Shown here in pieces: positions 1-8,505 of a DNA stretch of 64,000 nt (position 1 is its first letter; each line of letters begins with the position of its first letter). The stretch is from Naasia sp. (lineage in GTDB: Bacteria > Actinomycetota > Actinomycetes > Actinomycetales > Microbacteriaceae), in assembly GCF_025465545.1 (NCBI RefSeq), contig NZ_JAODMK010000010.1:45813-109812 (forward strand), in the 5' to 3' direction. The position numbers and the translations under genes were made by a program. Below the pieces are notes generated by a model. The model had not been told where the DNA came from. It saw nothing but the letters and a program-made list of their open reading frames with translations, and did no database searches.

Positions 1-440
1 GGTGCACGATCATGTCCTCGTCGATCGACCCGGCTCGGTCCCGCGCCGCCTCGATGGCCCGCAGGTGGCTCACGATCTGATTCGCGGTCGGATCGTGGGA
101 CTCCCCGAACTCGGCGAGGGCGACCGCGAGGGCGGGGCTGGTCACGCGCTCGATGGCCGAGCTGGCGGCGCTCTCGGCCCGCATCAGGAGCGCCGCGATC
201 GCCTCATCCCGGTAGCCGAACTCGGCGTCGAAGCGGATCAGTTCCGCCGTCGCCTGGGATGCGTGACTCAGCGCATCGGGTCGGGGCGCCAGGTCGAGTT
301 CGGCGATCAGCGGGGGCACCACGGCGCGGTAGGGGCCCGACTCCGCATTGAGCGGCGAGAAGGAGTCGCGCACGTCGAGCGCGGGCTCCCAGGTGCGCTG
401 CTCGTAGGCGACGGCGGGCCAGGCGAGTTCGGACGCCATG
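1..440 (-). CDS. Fic family protein, N-terminal part (gene runs off the left edge)
   Basis: My own translation of the minus strand from ATG (complement of 438-440): MASELAWPAVAYEQRTWEP...AALLMRAESAASSAIERV. This resembles the Fic_N-type N-terminal domain (LLxRxE[AS]xxSSxIE). Strong GC3 bias. Absent from the ORF track because there is no stop in the window. Confidence 0.55.
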
Positions 441-652
441 GCTCATCTCCCTGCACGCGTCTCTGGATGTGGGGCTAACCGATACTAACCGTCTCTGATC
501 GCACGGTTCTGCGGGCATCCATGCCTCTCCGTGTCGCTGGTATCGGTACAGGGCGGATGCCGCTCTTGCGGCTTTGCGCCGCCGGCACGCCGCTCAATAG
601 CCTGCAGAAACCGAATGCCGACGGGCGCTGCCGCCCACCGAAAGAGACAACG

Positions 653-1537
653 ATGACGTCGTACTCCATCTGGATGCTCGAGTACTCGCACTGCATGGCC
701 CAGCCGATGGGCTGCATCTTCTACGGCCAGTGGAACGCGGGCAGCCGCATGTTCGCGTACGGCTACGCCTATCTCGAGGGCGGCGGGCACCGCATCCTCG
801 TCGACATCGGCCACGACAACGACTCGTCGAACAAGCACTACAACGACATCAACGCCATCGAGGACTGGCAGCCGCCGGCCGCAGTGCTCGCCAAGGTGGG
901 GGTCTCGCCGGAGGACATCGACACGGTCATCCTCACCCACGCCCACTACGACCACGCCGGTGCCGCCCGGCACTTCCCGAACGCGACCTTCTATCTGCAG
1001 AAGGTGGAGCTCGAGAGCTCCCGCTGGGCGCTCGACAACAAGCACCTCTACAGCTCGATCATCGGTGCCCTCGACCCCGAGGACGTCACGATGCTCGAGG
1101 ACCTCGCCGAGTCGGGCCGCCTGCGGCTCCTCGACGGTCCCGTCGAGGACCTCTTCCCCGGCCTGCACATCCGCACGGCGTATGACACCCACACCATGGG
1201 CGGGCAATACGTGGTCGTCGAGAACGGCGGCGAGAGCTGGGTCGTCACCGGCGATGCCCTCTACAGCTACGAGAATGCGGAAGGCATCGGCGGCTCCGGC
1301 GAGATGGTCAACATCGGCTTCGGCGGCGGCAGCGGCTGGCGCGGCCTGCAGATCATCGACGAGATGGCCCGCACGGCGGGAGACACCAACCGCCTCGTGA
1401 TCGTGCACGAGTACGACACCTTCCGCCGGCACCCCTCACGCAAGTACGACGACAACCTCTCGGTGGCAGAGCTTCTGCTCGCCCCCGGCGAGCCGTCCCG
1501 CATCACCATCCCCCAGCCCCTCGCAACCACCCTCTAG
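653..1537 (+). CDS. MBL-fold metallo-hydrolase (N-acyl homoserine lactonase-like)
   Basis: Frame of ORF 521..1537. Internal ATG at 653 (MTSYSIWMLEYSH). Metal-binding motif THAHYDHAG (HxHxDH). Confidence 0.8.
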   Translation: MTSYSIWMLEYSHCMAQPMGCIFYGQWNAGSRMFAYGYAYLEGGGHRILVDIGHDNDSSNKHYNDINAIEDWQPPAAVLAKVGVSPEDIDTVILTHAHYDHAGAARHFPNATFYLQKVELESSRWALDNKHLYSSIIGALDPEDVTMLEDLAESGRLRLLDGPVEDLFPGLHIRTAYDTHTMGGQYVVVENGGESWVVTGDALYSYENAEGIGGSGEMVNIGFGGGSGWRGLQIIDEMARTAGDTNRLVIVHEYDTFRRHPSRKYDDNLSVAELLLAPGEPSRITIPQPLATTL

Positions 1538-1557
1538 CTCTCAGAAGGAGAACAGAA

Positions 1558-2547
1558 ATGCGAAAGAACAGAGTGGTTCTCGCACTGGCACTCGCCAGCG
1601 CCGCCCTCATCACATTCACCGGCTGCAGCGTGCCGGACAGCACGCCGGCAAGCTCAGGAGCAGCCGGCGGCAGCACGCCCAAGAACACCCTGCTCGGCAT
1701 CGTCACCATCAGCGCGACCGACGCGAACAACGCCCGCGTCATCAAGGGAGCGACCGATGCCGCCGAGGCGGCGGGCTGGACCGTCGAGGTCGTCGACGCA
1801 GCAGGCAACGCCGACCAGGCCAACAGCGCCATCACCAACTTCGTCAACAAGGGCGCGGGGATGATCTTCGACCTCGTCTTCCCGACGAGCTCCCTCGGAG
1901 CCGGTCTGGCCGCCGCGCAGGGGGCGAACATCCCGGTCGCCACCTGGGGCGGCGGGCTCGGCACCGGCGTGGTGATGACGACCGGGGCCGGCGCTCCCTT
2001 CGCCGAGCCGGCGACGCAGGCCATGCTCGACGCCTTGGGCGACAAGGGCAGCGTGCTCGCCCTCACCTACCGCACCGGACAGGTGTGCCGTGACCGCGAA
2101 GGGATCTTCGACGCCATGCTCAAGGACCACCCGGGCATCAAGGTCACGAAGAACGAGGTCTCCATCCCCGGGTTCCTGCAGGACGGCGCCGACTACGCGA
2201 CCGCCTGGCTCGCCGCGAACCCCGAGGGCGGCAAGCTCGCCGTCTGGGGCTGCTGGGAGGACCCGACCCTCGGCGCCATCTCCGCCCTGAAGCAGGCGCA
2301 GCGCACCGACGTGCTGACCTACGGCATCAACGGCTCCAGCACCGCGATCAAGGCGGTGCAGGACGGCTCGCTGACCGCCACGGTGTACGAGGACGGCGTG
2401 AAGGAGGGCGAGACGATGTTCTCGACCACCCTGGCCGCCATCGAGAACGGCGCAGGCGAGCAGCAGACGATCGATGTCCCCGGAGTGCTCGTCACCGCGG
2501 ACAACATCGACCAGTTCCTGACCGATCACCCCGAAGCACTCCAGTAG
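1558..2547 (+). CDS. sugar ABC transporter substrate-binding lipoprotein (PBP type 1, ribose-like)
   Basis: Signal peptide plus lipobox LITFTGCS. Periplasmic-binding-protein-like sequence. GGAG-type RBS upstream. First gene of an SBP-ATPase-permease operon. Confidence 0.85.
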   Translation: MRKNRVVLALALASAALITFTGCSVPDSTPASSGAAGGSTPKNTLLGIVTISATDANNARVIKGATDAAEAAGWTVEVVDAAGNADQANSAITNFVNKGAGMIFDLVFPTSSLGAGLAAAQGANIPVATWGGGLGTGVVMTTGAGAPFAEPATQAMLDALGDKGSVLALTYRTGQVCRDREGIFDAMLKDHPGIKVTKNEVSIPGFLQDGADYATAWLAANPEGGKLAVWGCWEDPTLGAISALKQAQRTDVLTYGINGSSTAIKAVQDGSLTATVYEDGVKEGETMFSTTLAAIENGAGEQQTIDVPGVLVTADNIDQFLTDHPEALQ

Positions 2548-2557
2548 GACGACGACA

Positions 2558-4129
2558 ATGAGCACCGTGGACGACTCCCCCAGGGCGACAGCGGCACCCT
2601 CCGATGCCGCAGCCCCGCTCCTCGAGGTCACCGATGTCAGCAAGTCCTTCGGCGGCGCTCACGCGCTCCGCGGGGTGTCGCTGAGCATCCGGCCAGGAGT
2701 CGTCCACGGACTCATCGGCGCGAACGGCGCAGGCAAGTCCACCCTCATCAAGGTCCTCGCCGGCATCGAGCAGCCCGATTCGGGCGTGATCCGCGTCGAC
2801 GGGGCTTCCGTCTCGGTCGCGGACCCGGACGCCGCGGCCGCCCTCGGCCTGGCCTTCATCCACCAGGAGATGAGTCTCATCCCCGGCTGGAACGTGCTGC
2901 GCAACATGCTGCTCGGGCAGAAGCCGCCGACCCGCCTCGGCGTGATCGACTGGCGACCCGCCCGCAAGCGGGCCAAGGTCGTGGCCGACCGGCTCGGCAT
3001 CGGCTTCTCCCTGGCCACCAACGTGGACGACCTCTCCACGGCGGACCAGTGGCTCGTCCTCATCGCTCGCGCGCTCATGCGGGACGCCCGGCTCATCGCG
3101 ATGGACGAGCCCACCGCTTCGCTCTCCGCCGCAGAGGCGACCCGGCTGCACCGGATCATCCGCGAGCTCGCGGCCTCGGGCACCGCCGTGATCTTCGTGT
3201 CGCACCGCCTCGACGAGGTGAGCGAGCTCTGCGAGGACATCACTGTCTTCAAGGACGGCGTGGTCACCAAGCGCACGGTCGCCTCCCGCGTGAGCAAGGC
3301 CGAGCTGGTATCGGCGATCGTCGGGCGCGACCTCGTGATCCCCGAGCACGGACACGATGCCCCTGCCGTCACCGGCAGGCCGGTGCTCGAGGTGCGCGGC
3401 GTGAGCGATGCCCGACTGGTCCGTGACGTGTCGCTCACCGTGCACGCCGGCGAGATACTCGGGCTCGCGGGACTCGTCGGCGCCGGCCGCACCGAGGTGG
3501 CGAAGATCGTCTACGGGGCGGGCAGGCGCACCGGCGGCACCGTGCTGCTCGAGGGCAGGCCGATCGACTTCCGAGAACCGGCCGACGCCGTGCGCGCCGG
3601 GATCGGGCTGGTGCCCGAGGAGCGCCGGTCGGAGGGCCTCTTCCTCGAGCGCACCATCGACTTCAACATCAACATCGCGACCCTGTCGTCCCTGCGGCCC
3701 TCGCTCGCCTGGCCGCTCCTGCGGTTCCGCGAGGGGCGGCGGCGTGCCGAGGCCATCGCGAAGGCGGTGACCGTGAAGGCGAAGGACGCCGGCGCGATCG
3801 TCGGATCCCTCTCCGGCGGCAACCAGCAGAAGGTGGCGATCGCCCGCTGGCTGGTGGACACCCCCAAGCTGCTCCTCCTCGACGAGCCCTCCCGCGGCGT
3901 GGACGTGGGCGCCCGCGCCGAGGTGCACCGCGTGATCCGTGAGCTCGCCGCCCGAGGGACGGCGGTGCTGGCGATCTCCTCCGACAACGAGGAGCTCGTG
4001 GCACTCTGCGACCGGGTCGTCGTGATGGCCGAGGGCCGGGTGACCGGCGAGCTGACCGGCACCGACATCACCGCGGACCATCTCCTCTCCCTCAGCTTCG
4101 ACCGTGGAAACGAAAAGGACGCAGCATGA
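2558..4129 (+). CDS. sugar ABC transporter ATP-binding protein (duplicated NBD, RbsA/MglA type)
   Basis: Two nucleotide-binding domains. Walker A GANGAGKST and GLVGAGRTE; signature LSGGNQQKV; Walker B LLLLDEPSRG. Confidence 0.9.
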   Translation: MSTVDDSPRATAAPSDAAAPLLEVTDVSKSFGGAHALRGVSLSIRPGVVHGLIGANGAGKSTLIKVLAGIEQPDSGVIRVDGASVSVADPDAAAALGLAFIHQEMSLIPGWNVLRNMLLGQKPPTRLGVIDWRPARKRAKVVADRLGIGFSLATNVDDLSTADQWLVLIARALMRDARLIAMDEPTASLSAAEATRLHRIIRELAASGTAVIFVSHRLDEVSELCEDITVFKDGVVTKRTVASRVSKAELVSAIVGRDLVIPEHGHDAPAVTGRPVLEVRGVSDARLVRDVSLTVHAGEILGLAGLVGAGRTEVAKIVYGAGRRTGGTVLLEGRPIDFREPADAVRAGIGLVPEERRSEGLFLERTIDFNINIATLSSLRPSLAWPLLRFREGRRRAEAIAKAVTVKAKDAGAIVGSLSGGNQQKVAIARWLVDTPKLLLLDEPSRGVDVGARAEVHRVIRELAARGTAVLAISSDNEELVALCDRVVVMAEGRVTGELTGTDITADHLLSLSFDRGNEKDAA

Positions 4130-5160
4130 CGACCACCACCCTGCCCGAGCCGGTCAGCACCGATCCGACTCCCCCGGCCGGCGGTGCCCTCCGCGCCAGG
4201 TCACGCGGCGGCAACATCGCCCTCAAGATCGTCTCCAAGTACGGGACGCTGATCGCGATGGCGATCATGCTCGTCATCTTCGGCTTCGCGGTGCCCAACG
4301 GCGCGTTCCTCAGCGGCACGAACCTGCTGAGCATCGTCAACCAGTCCGCGCTCACCGCGATCATCGCCTGCGGCCTGACGATGGTGCTCGTGGTCGGCGA
4401 GTTCGACCTCAGCGTCGGCTACGCGGCGAGCCTTGCCGGCGTGCTCGTCACCGGCCTCGTGGCCAATCAGGGCCTTCCGCTGATCCTCGCGGTGGTCGTC
4501 ACCATCCTCATCGGCGGCGGGATCGGCGGGATCAACGGGGTGCTCGTCACCAAGGCCAGGGTGAACGCGGTGGTCGCCACCCTCGGCGTGGGCACCATCC
4601 TCACCGGGCTCGCGTTCGGCTACACCGCCGGCTCCCCGATCGTGCAGGTGCCGAAGGAGTTCACCTACCTCACGCTGGCGCGCTTCCTCGGCATCCAGAA
4701 CCCGATCTGGTTCATGGCGATCATCGTCGCCCTGCTCTGGGTGATCCTCAATCGCACTGCCACCGGACAGCGCATCCAGGCGGTCGGCGCGAACAGGAGC
4801 GCTGCCAGGCTCGCGGGGATCCGGACCGACCGGTCGAAGATCACCGCGTTCGTGATCGCCGGCGTCTGTGCCGCCATCACCGGCATCCTGCTCGCCTCGC
4901 TGCTCGGCAGCGGCACGGTGAGCGCCGCGGACGGCTACCTGATGGACTCGTTCGCGGCCGTCTTCCTCGGCTCGGCCACCCTCAGGGACGGCGAGTTCCA
5001 CATCCTCGGCACCCTCATCGGCGTGCTCGTGGTGAGCGTGGGCTTCAACGGCCTGAGCCTGCTCGGCACTCCCACGTTCTGGCAGTACATCTTCAAGGGC
5101 GGGATCCTCGTGCTCGCCGTGGCCCTGTCGACCATCGCCCGAAGGTATTCGAAGGCCTGA
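4126..5160 (+). CDS. sugar ABC transporter permease (RbsC/AraH type)
   Basis: Multi-pass hydrophobic protein. ATGA start/stop overlap with the ATPase gene (4126-4129). Confidence 0.9.
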   Translation: MTTTTLPEPVSTDPTPPAGGALRARSRGGNIALKIVSKYGTLIAMAIMLVIFGFAVPNGAFLSGTNLLSIVNQSALTAIIACGLTMVLVVGEFDLSVGYAASLAGVLVTGLVANQGLPLILAVVVTILIGGGIGGINGVLVTKARVNAVVATLGVGTILTGLAFGYTAGSPIVQVPKEFTYLTLARFLGIQNPIWFMAIIVALLWVILNRTATGQRIQAVGANRSAARLAGIRTDRSKITAFVIAGVCAAITGILLASLLGSGTVSAADGYLMDSFAAVFLGSATLRDGEFHILGTLIGVLVVSVGFNGLSLLGTPTFWQYIFKGGILVLAVALSTIARRYSKA

Positions 5161-5174
5161 CCGCCGGGAACCCA

Positions 5175-5206
5175 GCGAGGGGGCGTGGGGGCGGCTGCCC
5201 CCTCGC
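5175..5206 (+). terminator. GC-rich hairpin after the permease gene
   Basis: GCGAGGGGG (5175-5183) pairs with CCCCCTCGC (5198-5206): 9-bp stem, 14-nt loop. No U-tract, which is usual for actinobacteria. Confidence 0.5.
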
Positions 5207-5448
5207 CCCTCTCCATGCGCGGGTCAGGCGGGAACGGGGCCGTGATCGAGGACAGCGCAGCCGGTTCATCGGCACTCAGCTCGAGCGTGGCTGACCCGCG
5301 CAGCTCGGCGAGCAGCTCGGGTGCGCGGGCGCCTCCGGGTAGCGGCCGGCGCCACCTGCGCGCCGCGAGTCGTTTACAGCGCACTTTCAGGAATGGGGGC
5401 CACTGTCGAACGAAAGGCACCACCGAAGCACCACCCCAAGGAGGAATC

Positions 5449-5619
5449 ATGGGCATCGGAGACAAGATCGAGAACGCCGCCCAGAAGGCGGGCGGCAAGG
5501 CGAAGGAAGAGGTCGGTGAGCGCACCGGCGACCGGGATCTTCAGGCCGAGGGCAAGGGCGACCAGGTCTCCGGCAGCCTCAAGCAGGCGGGCGAGAACGT
5601 CAAGGACGCGTTCAAGTAG
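5449..5619 (+). CDS. CsbD family general-stress protein (56 aa)
   Basis: MGIGDKIENAAQKAGGKAKEEVGERTGDRDLQAEGKGDQVSGSLKQAGENVKDAFK is the typical CsbD repeat pattern. RBS AAGGAGG at 5438-5444. Confidence 0.85.
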   Translation: MGIGDKIENAAQKAGGKAKEEVGERTGDRDLQAEGKGDQVSGSLKQAGENVKDAFK

Positions 5620-5636
5620 CCGCAGGCGAACTCTCG

Positions 5637-5666
5637 GAGAAGGCCACCGGAGACGGTGGCCTTCTC
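5637..5666 (+). terminator. intrinsic-terminator-like hairpin after csbD-like gene
   Basis: GAGAAGGCCACCG / CGGTGGCCTTCTC: perfect 13-bp stem with a GAGA loop. Confidence 0.6.
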
Positions 5667-5820
5667 TGTGCCCGGGCCGATGCCGAGGAGTTGCCGTACT
5701 CGACGCAGGAGCACGCCCGGGGGCGGCATTCTACGAATCTGCGCGGTCGGGGGGAATGCCTCGCGGGGCCTCCCCCGCCGACCTAGCGTTGAGGTCGAGC
5801 CGACCAGAAAGGGAAACGAC

Positions 5821-6063
5821 ATGTCCTCACAGGGAAGCAGCAAGCACAGCGAGCTCCTCGACGACGAGATGAAGCACGAGGCGCAGCCGATCGTGCAGGG
5901 CCACGGGCCGTCGCACGTCGAGGAGTGGCGGCAGAGCGTCGGCTATCCGGACGACACCGACAGCCAGGAGGTGCAGGATGCGTCCGGCATCGACGGCCGG
6001 CTCAAGGGAGCATCCGACGACGTGGCAGGTGGCGGCGTCGTCGAGGCGGAAGAGCGGTCCTGA
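5821..6063 (+). CDS. small acidic hypothetical protein (80 aa)
   Basis: ATG at 5821 preceded by GAAAGGGAAA. High GC3. Sequence MSSQGSSKHSELLDDEMKHEAQ...EEWRQ resembles small conserved actinobacterial hydrophilic proteins I cannot name. Confidence 0.55.
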   Translation: MSSQGSSKHSELLDDEMKHEAQPIVQGHGPSHVEEWRQSVGYPDDTDSQEVQDASGIDGRLKGASDDVAGGGVVEAEERS

Positions 6064-6101
6064 CCGCTCCCGATATCGCCGACACGACAGGAAGGACAGC
6101 C

Positions 6102-7250
6102 ATGACTCTCGGATCTGACACGGTCCTCGACCGCAGCTTCTCCGACGCGCTGCGCGCAGGAGGCTGGTGGGTCACCGTCTACGCCGACGCCTCGATGGAC
6201 ACCGGCGATCCACAGGGGGTGGCCGCGGCCCGACGTCGCGCGGTGCGCGACACGCTCGAGCAGCGTGGGCTTCCGGAAGACCAGCTCAGCGTCGTCTCGG
6301 ACGCCATCGACGGCACCGACGGGGTGCCCAGCCCCGCGACCCGGTACCTGCTGCTCCGCGACGGGGAGATCGTGATGAACCGGCTCCTGCCCGGCCCACC
6401 CGTCGGTACCGAGGTCACCGAGGCCGGACCGGTGCCGCTGCTCGTCCCGCTCCTGCGGCACCAGGAGGACGAGATCGTGTACCTGGTGGTCGAGGCGGGC
6501 CGCGACGGCGGCGAGGTCGCCGTCTACCGGTCGACCGGTGAGACTCCCGAGCAGACCGAGGCGGTGCAGGGGCGCACGGACACCCTCAAGAAGTTCAAGG
6601 GAGGCGGCTGGGCCCACCTGCGATTCCAGCACCACACCGAGGAGATCTGGCGCCAGACCGAGGCGGAACTCGGGGCGGTGGTGGATCGGCTCGTGCTCGA
6701 GCTGAATCCGCGGTTCATCGCCGTGGCCGGAGACGTCCGCGCGCGCCAGCTCCTCGTCGACCAGCTTCCGCAGCGGAGCAGGGATCTCGTGACCCAGGTG
6801 GACGCGAACACCCGGGCGGCCGGGGCGTCGAGCGAGGCACTCGATGCCACCGTCGAGAACCTGCTGGACGAGATCGCCCGGTCTGCCCAGAACGCGGACA
6901 TGGAGCGGCTGGCGCAGGAGCTCGGGCGGGACGGCGGGGCCGCCGAGCGCGGCGTCGGCTGGACCGTGCACTGTCTCCGTCAGGCACAGGTGGACGTGCT
7001 GCTGCTCGACCCCGACCAGCTCGGAGAGCGGACGCTGCTCGCCCTCGGCGCCGAGCCGTGGGTGGCCACGGCGCCCGAGGAGGCCGACCCGGCCCCGATC
7101 CTCGGCGATGTGCCGGCCGCGGAGGCGCTGATCCGCGCCGCGATCCTCACCGACGCCTCCGTTCGGCTGGTTCCGGGCACCCTCCTGCCCGACCGCTCCG
7201 GCGTGGCCGGGCTGCTCCGCTGGGGCACCGAGGCGCCCACCGGCGGCTGA
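6102..7250 (+). CDS. eRF1-fold protein, baeRF2 / Vms1-Ankzf1-like (Rv2629-like)
   Basis: ATG at 6102 with RBS GGAAGGA. Length about 380 aa. Pattern VYADASMDTGDP ... VAGDVRARQLLVDQLP ... GVAGLLRW matches my memory of the actinobacterial Rv2629-type release-factor-like family. Confidence 0.65.
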   Translation: MTLGSDTVLDRSFSDALRAGGWWVTVYADASMDTGDPQGVAAARRRAVRDTLEQRGLPEDQLSVVSDAIDGTDGVPSPATRYLLLRDGEIVMNRLLPGPPVGTEVTEAGPVPLLVPLLRHQEDEIVYLVVEAGRDGGEVAVYRSTGETPEQTEAVQGRTDTLKKFKGGGWAHLRFQHHTEEIWRQTEAELGAVVDRLVLELNPRFIAVAGDVRARQLLVDQLPQRSRDLVTQVDANTRAAGASSEALDATVENLLDEIARSAQNADMERLAQELGRDGGAAERGVGWTVHCLRQAQVDVLLLDPDQLGERTLLALGAEPWVATAPEEADPAPILGDVPAAEALIRAAILTDASVRLVPGTLLPDRSGVAGLLRWGTEAPTGG

Positions 7251-7284
7251 GAGGCGCGACCAGGTCCGACAAACGCAACGGAGT

Positions 7285-7320
7285 GGCCAACCCGCAGCGG
7301 TACGCCGTTGCGGGTTGGCC
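7285..7320. terminator. bidirectional hairpin between convergent genes
   Basis: GGCCAACCCGCAGCGG tacg CCGTTGCGGGTTGGCC: 16-bp stem with one G-U pair. Confidence 0.6.
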
Positions 7321-7347
7321 GCTCGGTTGCGCCTGTGGCGGCCGCGG

Positions 7348-8208
7348 CTAGAGCCAGAAGATCCGGAGCAGCCCCGGATTGTGAGCGTGCACGATCACCA
7401 GGAAGACCATCAGGTCGAACAGCAGGTGCACGCACACCACGTAGACGAGGTTCCGCGTGCGGGTGAACAGGTACCCCTGGGCGAGGGCGAACAGCACGGT
7501 CATCGCCGGACCCCACTCCCGGTAGCCGAGCTCCCAGAGGAAGGAGACGAAGATCCCCGCCTGCAGCAGGTTCGCCTGCCACATCGGGAAGTGGCGCAGC
7601 AGCAGCGAGAACACCGTGCAGATGAAGAACAGCTCGTCCCAGATGCCGACGCCGTTCACCCCGAGGAAGAGGCGCCAGATCTCGTCGGGCTCGTCGACCG
7701 CCGGCCAGTTCCGGTACGCGCCCGAGCCGACGAAATAGCCCGGCAGGATCAGCCACCCGAGGGGCACCACCGCGGCGAGGTAGGCCCGCTCGACAGGGAG
7801 CCACCGCCGCCCGGTGCGGACGGGGAAGCGGATGGCGTCCCGCCGGAACACGAACCGCTCAAGAGCCCACGGCACGGCGACCGTGAGGGACAGCACGATG
7901 CCCATCCGGATGATGTTCGGATAGCTGATGTCCGCCGCGACCGAGATGGTGCTCACGATGCTGAGGCCGACTGCGATGAGCAGGAGGTCCCGCGCGAGCG
8001 CACGACTCACGAGGAGGGCGCAGGCGACGCTCGCCCAGAGCAGCGGGTAGCCGGCCAGTGGGGCCTCGAACCCGAAGAGGAGCACTGCGGACGCGACCAC
8101 GCCGATCGCCGGCAGCAGGCCCCACGCCGGGGTCCCCTCGGCGTTCCCGACGGTGCCGGCGTGCGTGGTCCGCGTCTCTGTGCTGCTCACCCGTCCAGCG
8201 TGCCGCAT
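7348..8208 (-). CDS. CPBP-like intramembrane protease family membrane protein (degenerate motifs)
   Basis: Polytopic membrane protein. WDELFF..R, FLWELG and CVHLLFD resemble CPBP motifs 1-3, but motif 2 lacks the His. Start is ATG 8208 or GTG 8190; the 8349 ATG of the ORF track is unlikely. Confidence 0.5.
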   Translation of the reverse strand: MRHAGRVSSTETRTTHAGTVGNAEGTPAWGLLPAIGVVASAVLLFGFEAPLAGYPLLWASVACALLVSRALARDLLLIAVGLSIVSTISVAADISYPNIIRMGIVLSLTVAVPWALERFVFRRDAIRFPVRTGRRWLPVERAYLAAVVPLGWLILPGYFVGSGAYRNWPAVDEPDEIWRLFLGVNGVGIWDELFFICTVFSLLLRHFPMWQANLLQAGIFVSFLWELGYREWGPAMTVLFALAQGYLFTRTRNLVYVVCVHLLFDLMVFLVIVHAHNPGLLRIFWL

Positions 8209-8367
8209 CGAAGCGGCGAGTGGAACGGCGGATGGCCTACCGCTCCCGGGTGCCTGGCACAACCTCGCCGACCCGACCAGGGGCTTCCGCGGTCGCGAGG
8301 CTAGCGTGGGGAGCGACGAGTGCGATCGACGCGGGCAGCGCCGGTGCACGATCAGGAGGAGGGAACC

Positions 8368-8472
8368 ATGAACGGAAACAAGCCGTCACAGGCGGAAGGC
8401 GCGGACCCCGACGACGCCCCCGACGTCGAGGTGCAGGAGATCGAGGGCAAGCCGTCGCAGGCCGAGGGCTGA
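8368..8472 (+). CDS. 34-aa hydrophilic sORF with an internal KPSQAEG repeat
   Basis: Not in the ORF track (shorter than 60 aa). RBS AGGAGGA at 8354-8360, 7 nt before the ATG. Sequence MNGNKPSQAEGADPDDAPDVEVQEIEGKPSQAEG. The two heptapeptide copies differ only by 3 synonymous changes. Confidence 0.5.
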   Translation: MNGNKPSQAEGADPDDAPDVEVQEIEGKPSQAEG

Positions 8473-8505
8473 TGCGCTCCGGCGCTGCGCTGGCGCCGAG
8501 CGCGG

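Noticed and set aside
1-440. The Fic fragment as a toxin of a toxin-antitoxin pair.
   Set aside because: The catalytic HxFx(D/E)GNGR motif and any partner gene lie outside the window, so nothing can be evaluated.
5372-5395. A sigma-B/sigma-F-type promoter upstream of the csbD-like gene (GTTTAC-N12-GGAATG).
   Set aside because: Only the -35-like GTTTAC matches. The -10 region shares 2 of 6 positions with GGGTAT, and the spacing to the alternative G-run is wrong. This is too weak to call.
5207-5448. A possible gene remnant on the minus strand (part of ORF 4935..5525, ...PELLAELRGSATLELSADEPAALSSITAPF...).
   Set aside because: It is a short patch of coding-like codon bias only. It has no start or stop context and no motif, and the ORF runs into the permease gene. 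It cannot be distinguished from chance.
8255-8260. TGGCAC resembling a sigma-54 -24 element.
   Set aside because: There is no TTGC at the correct spacing, and actinobacteria generally lack sigma-54.
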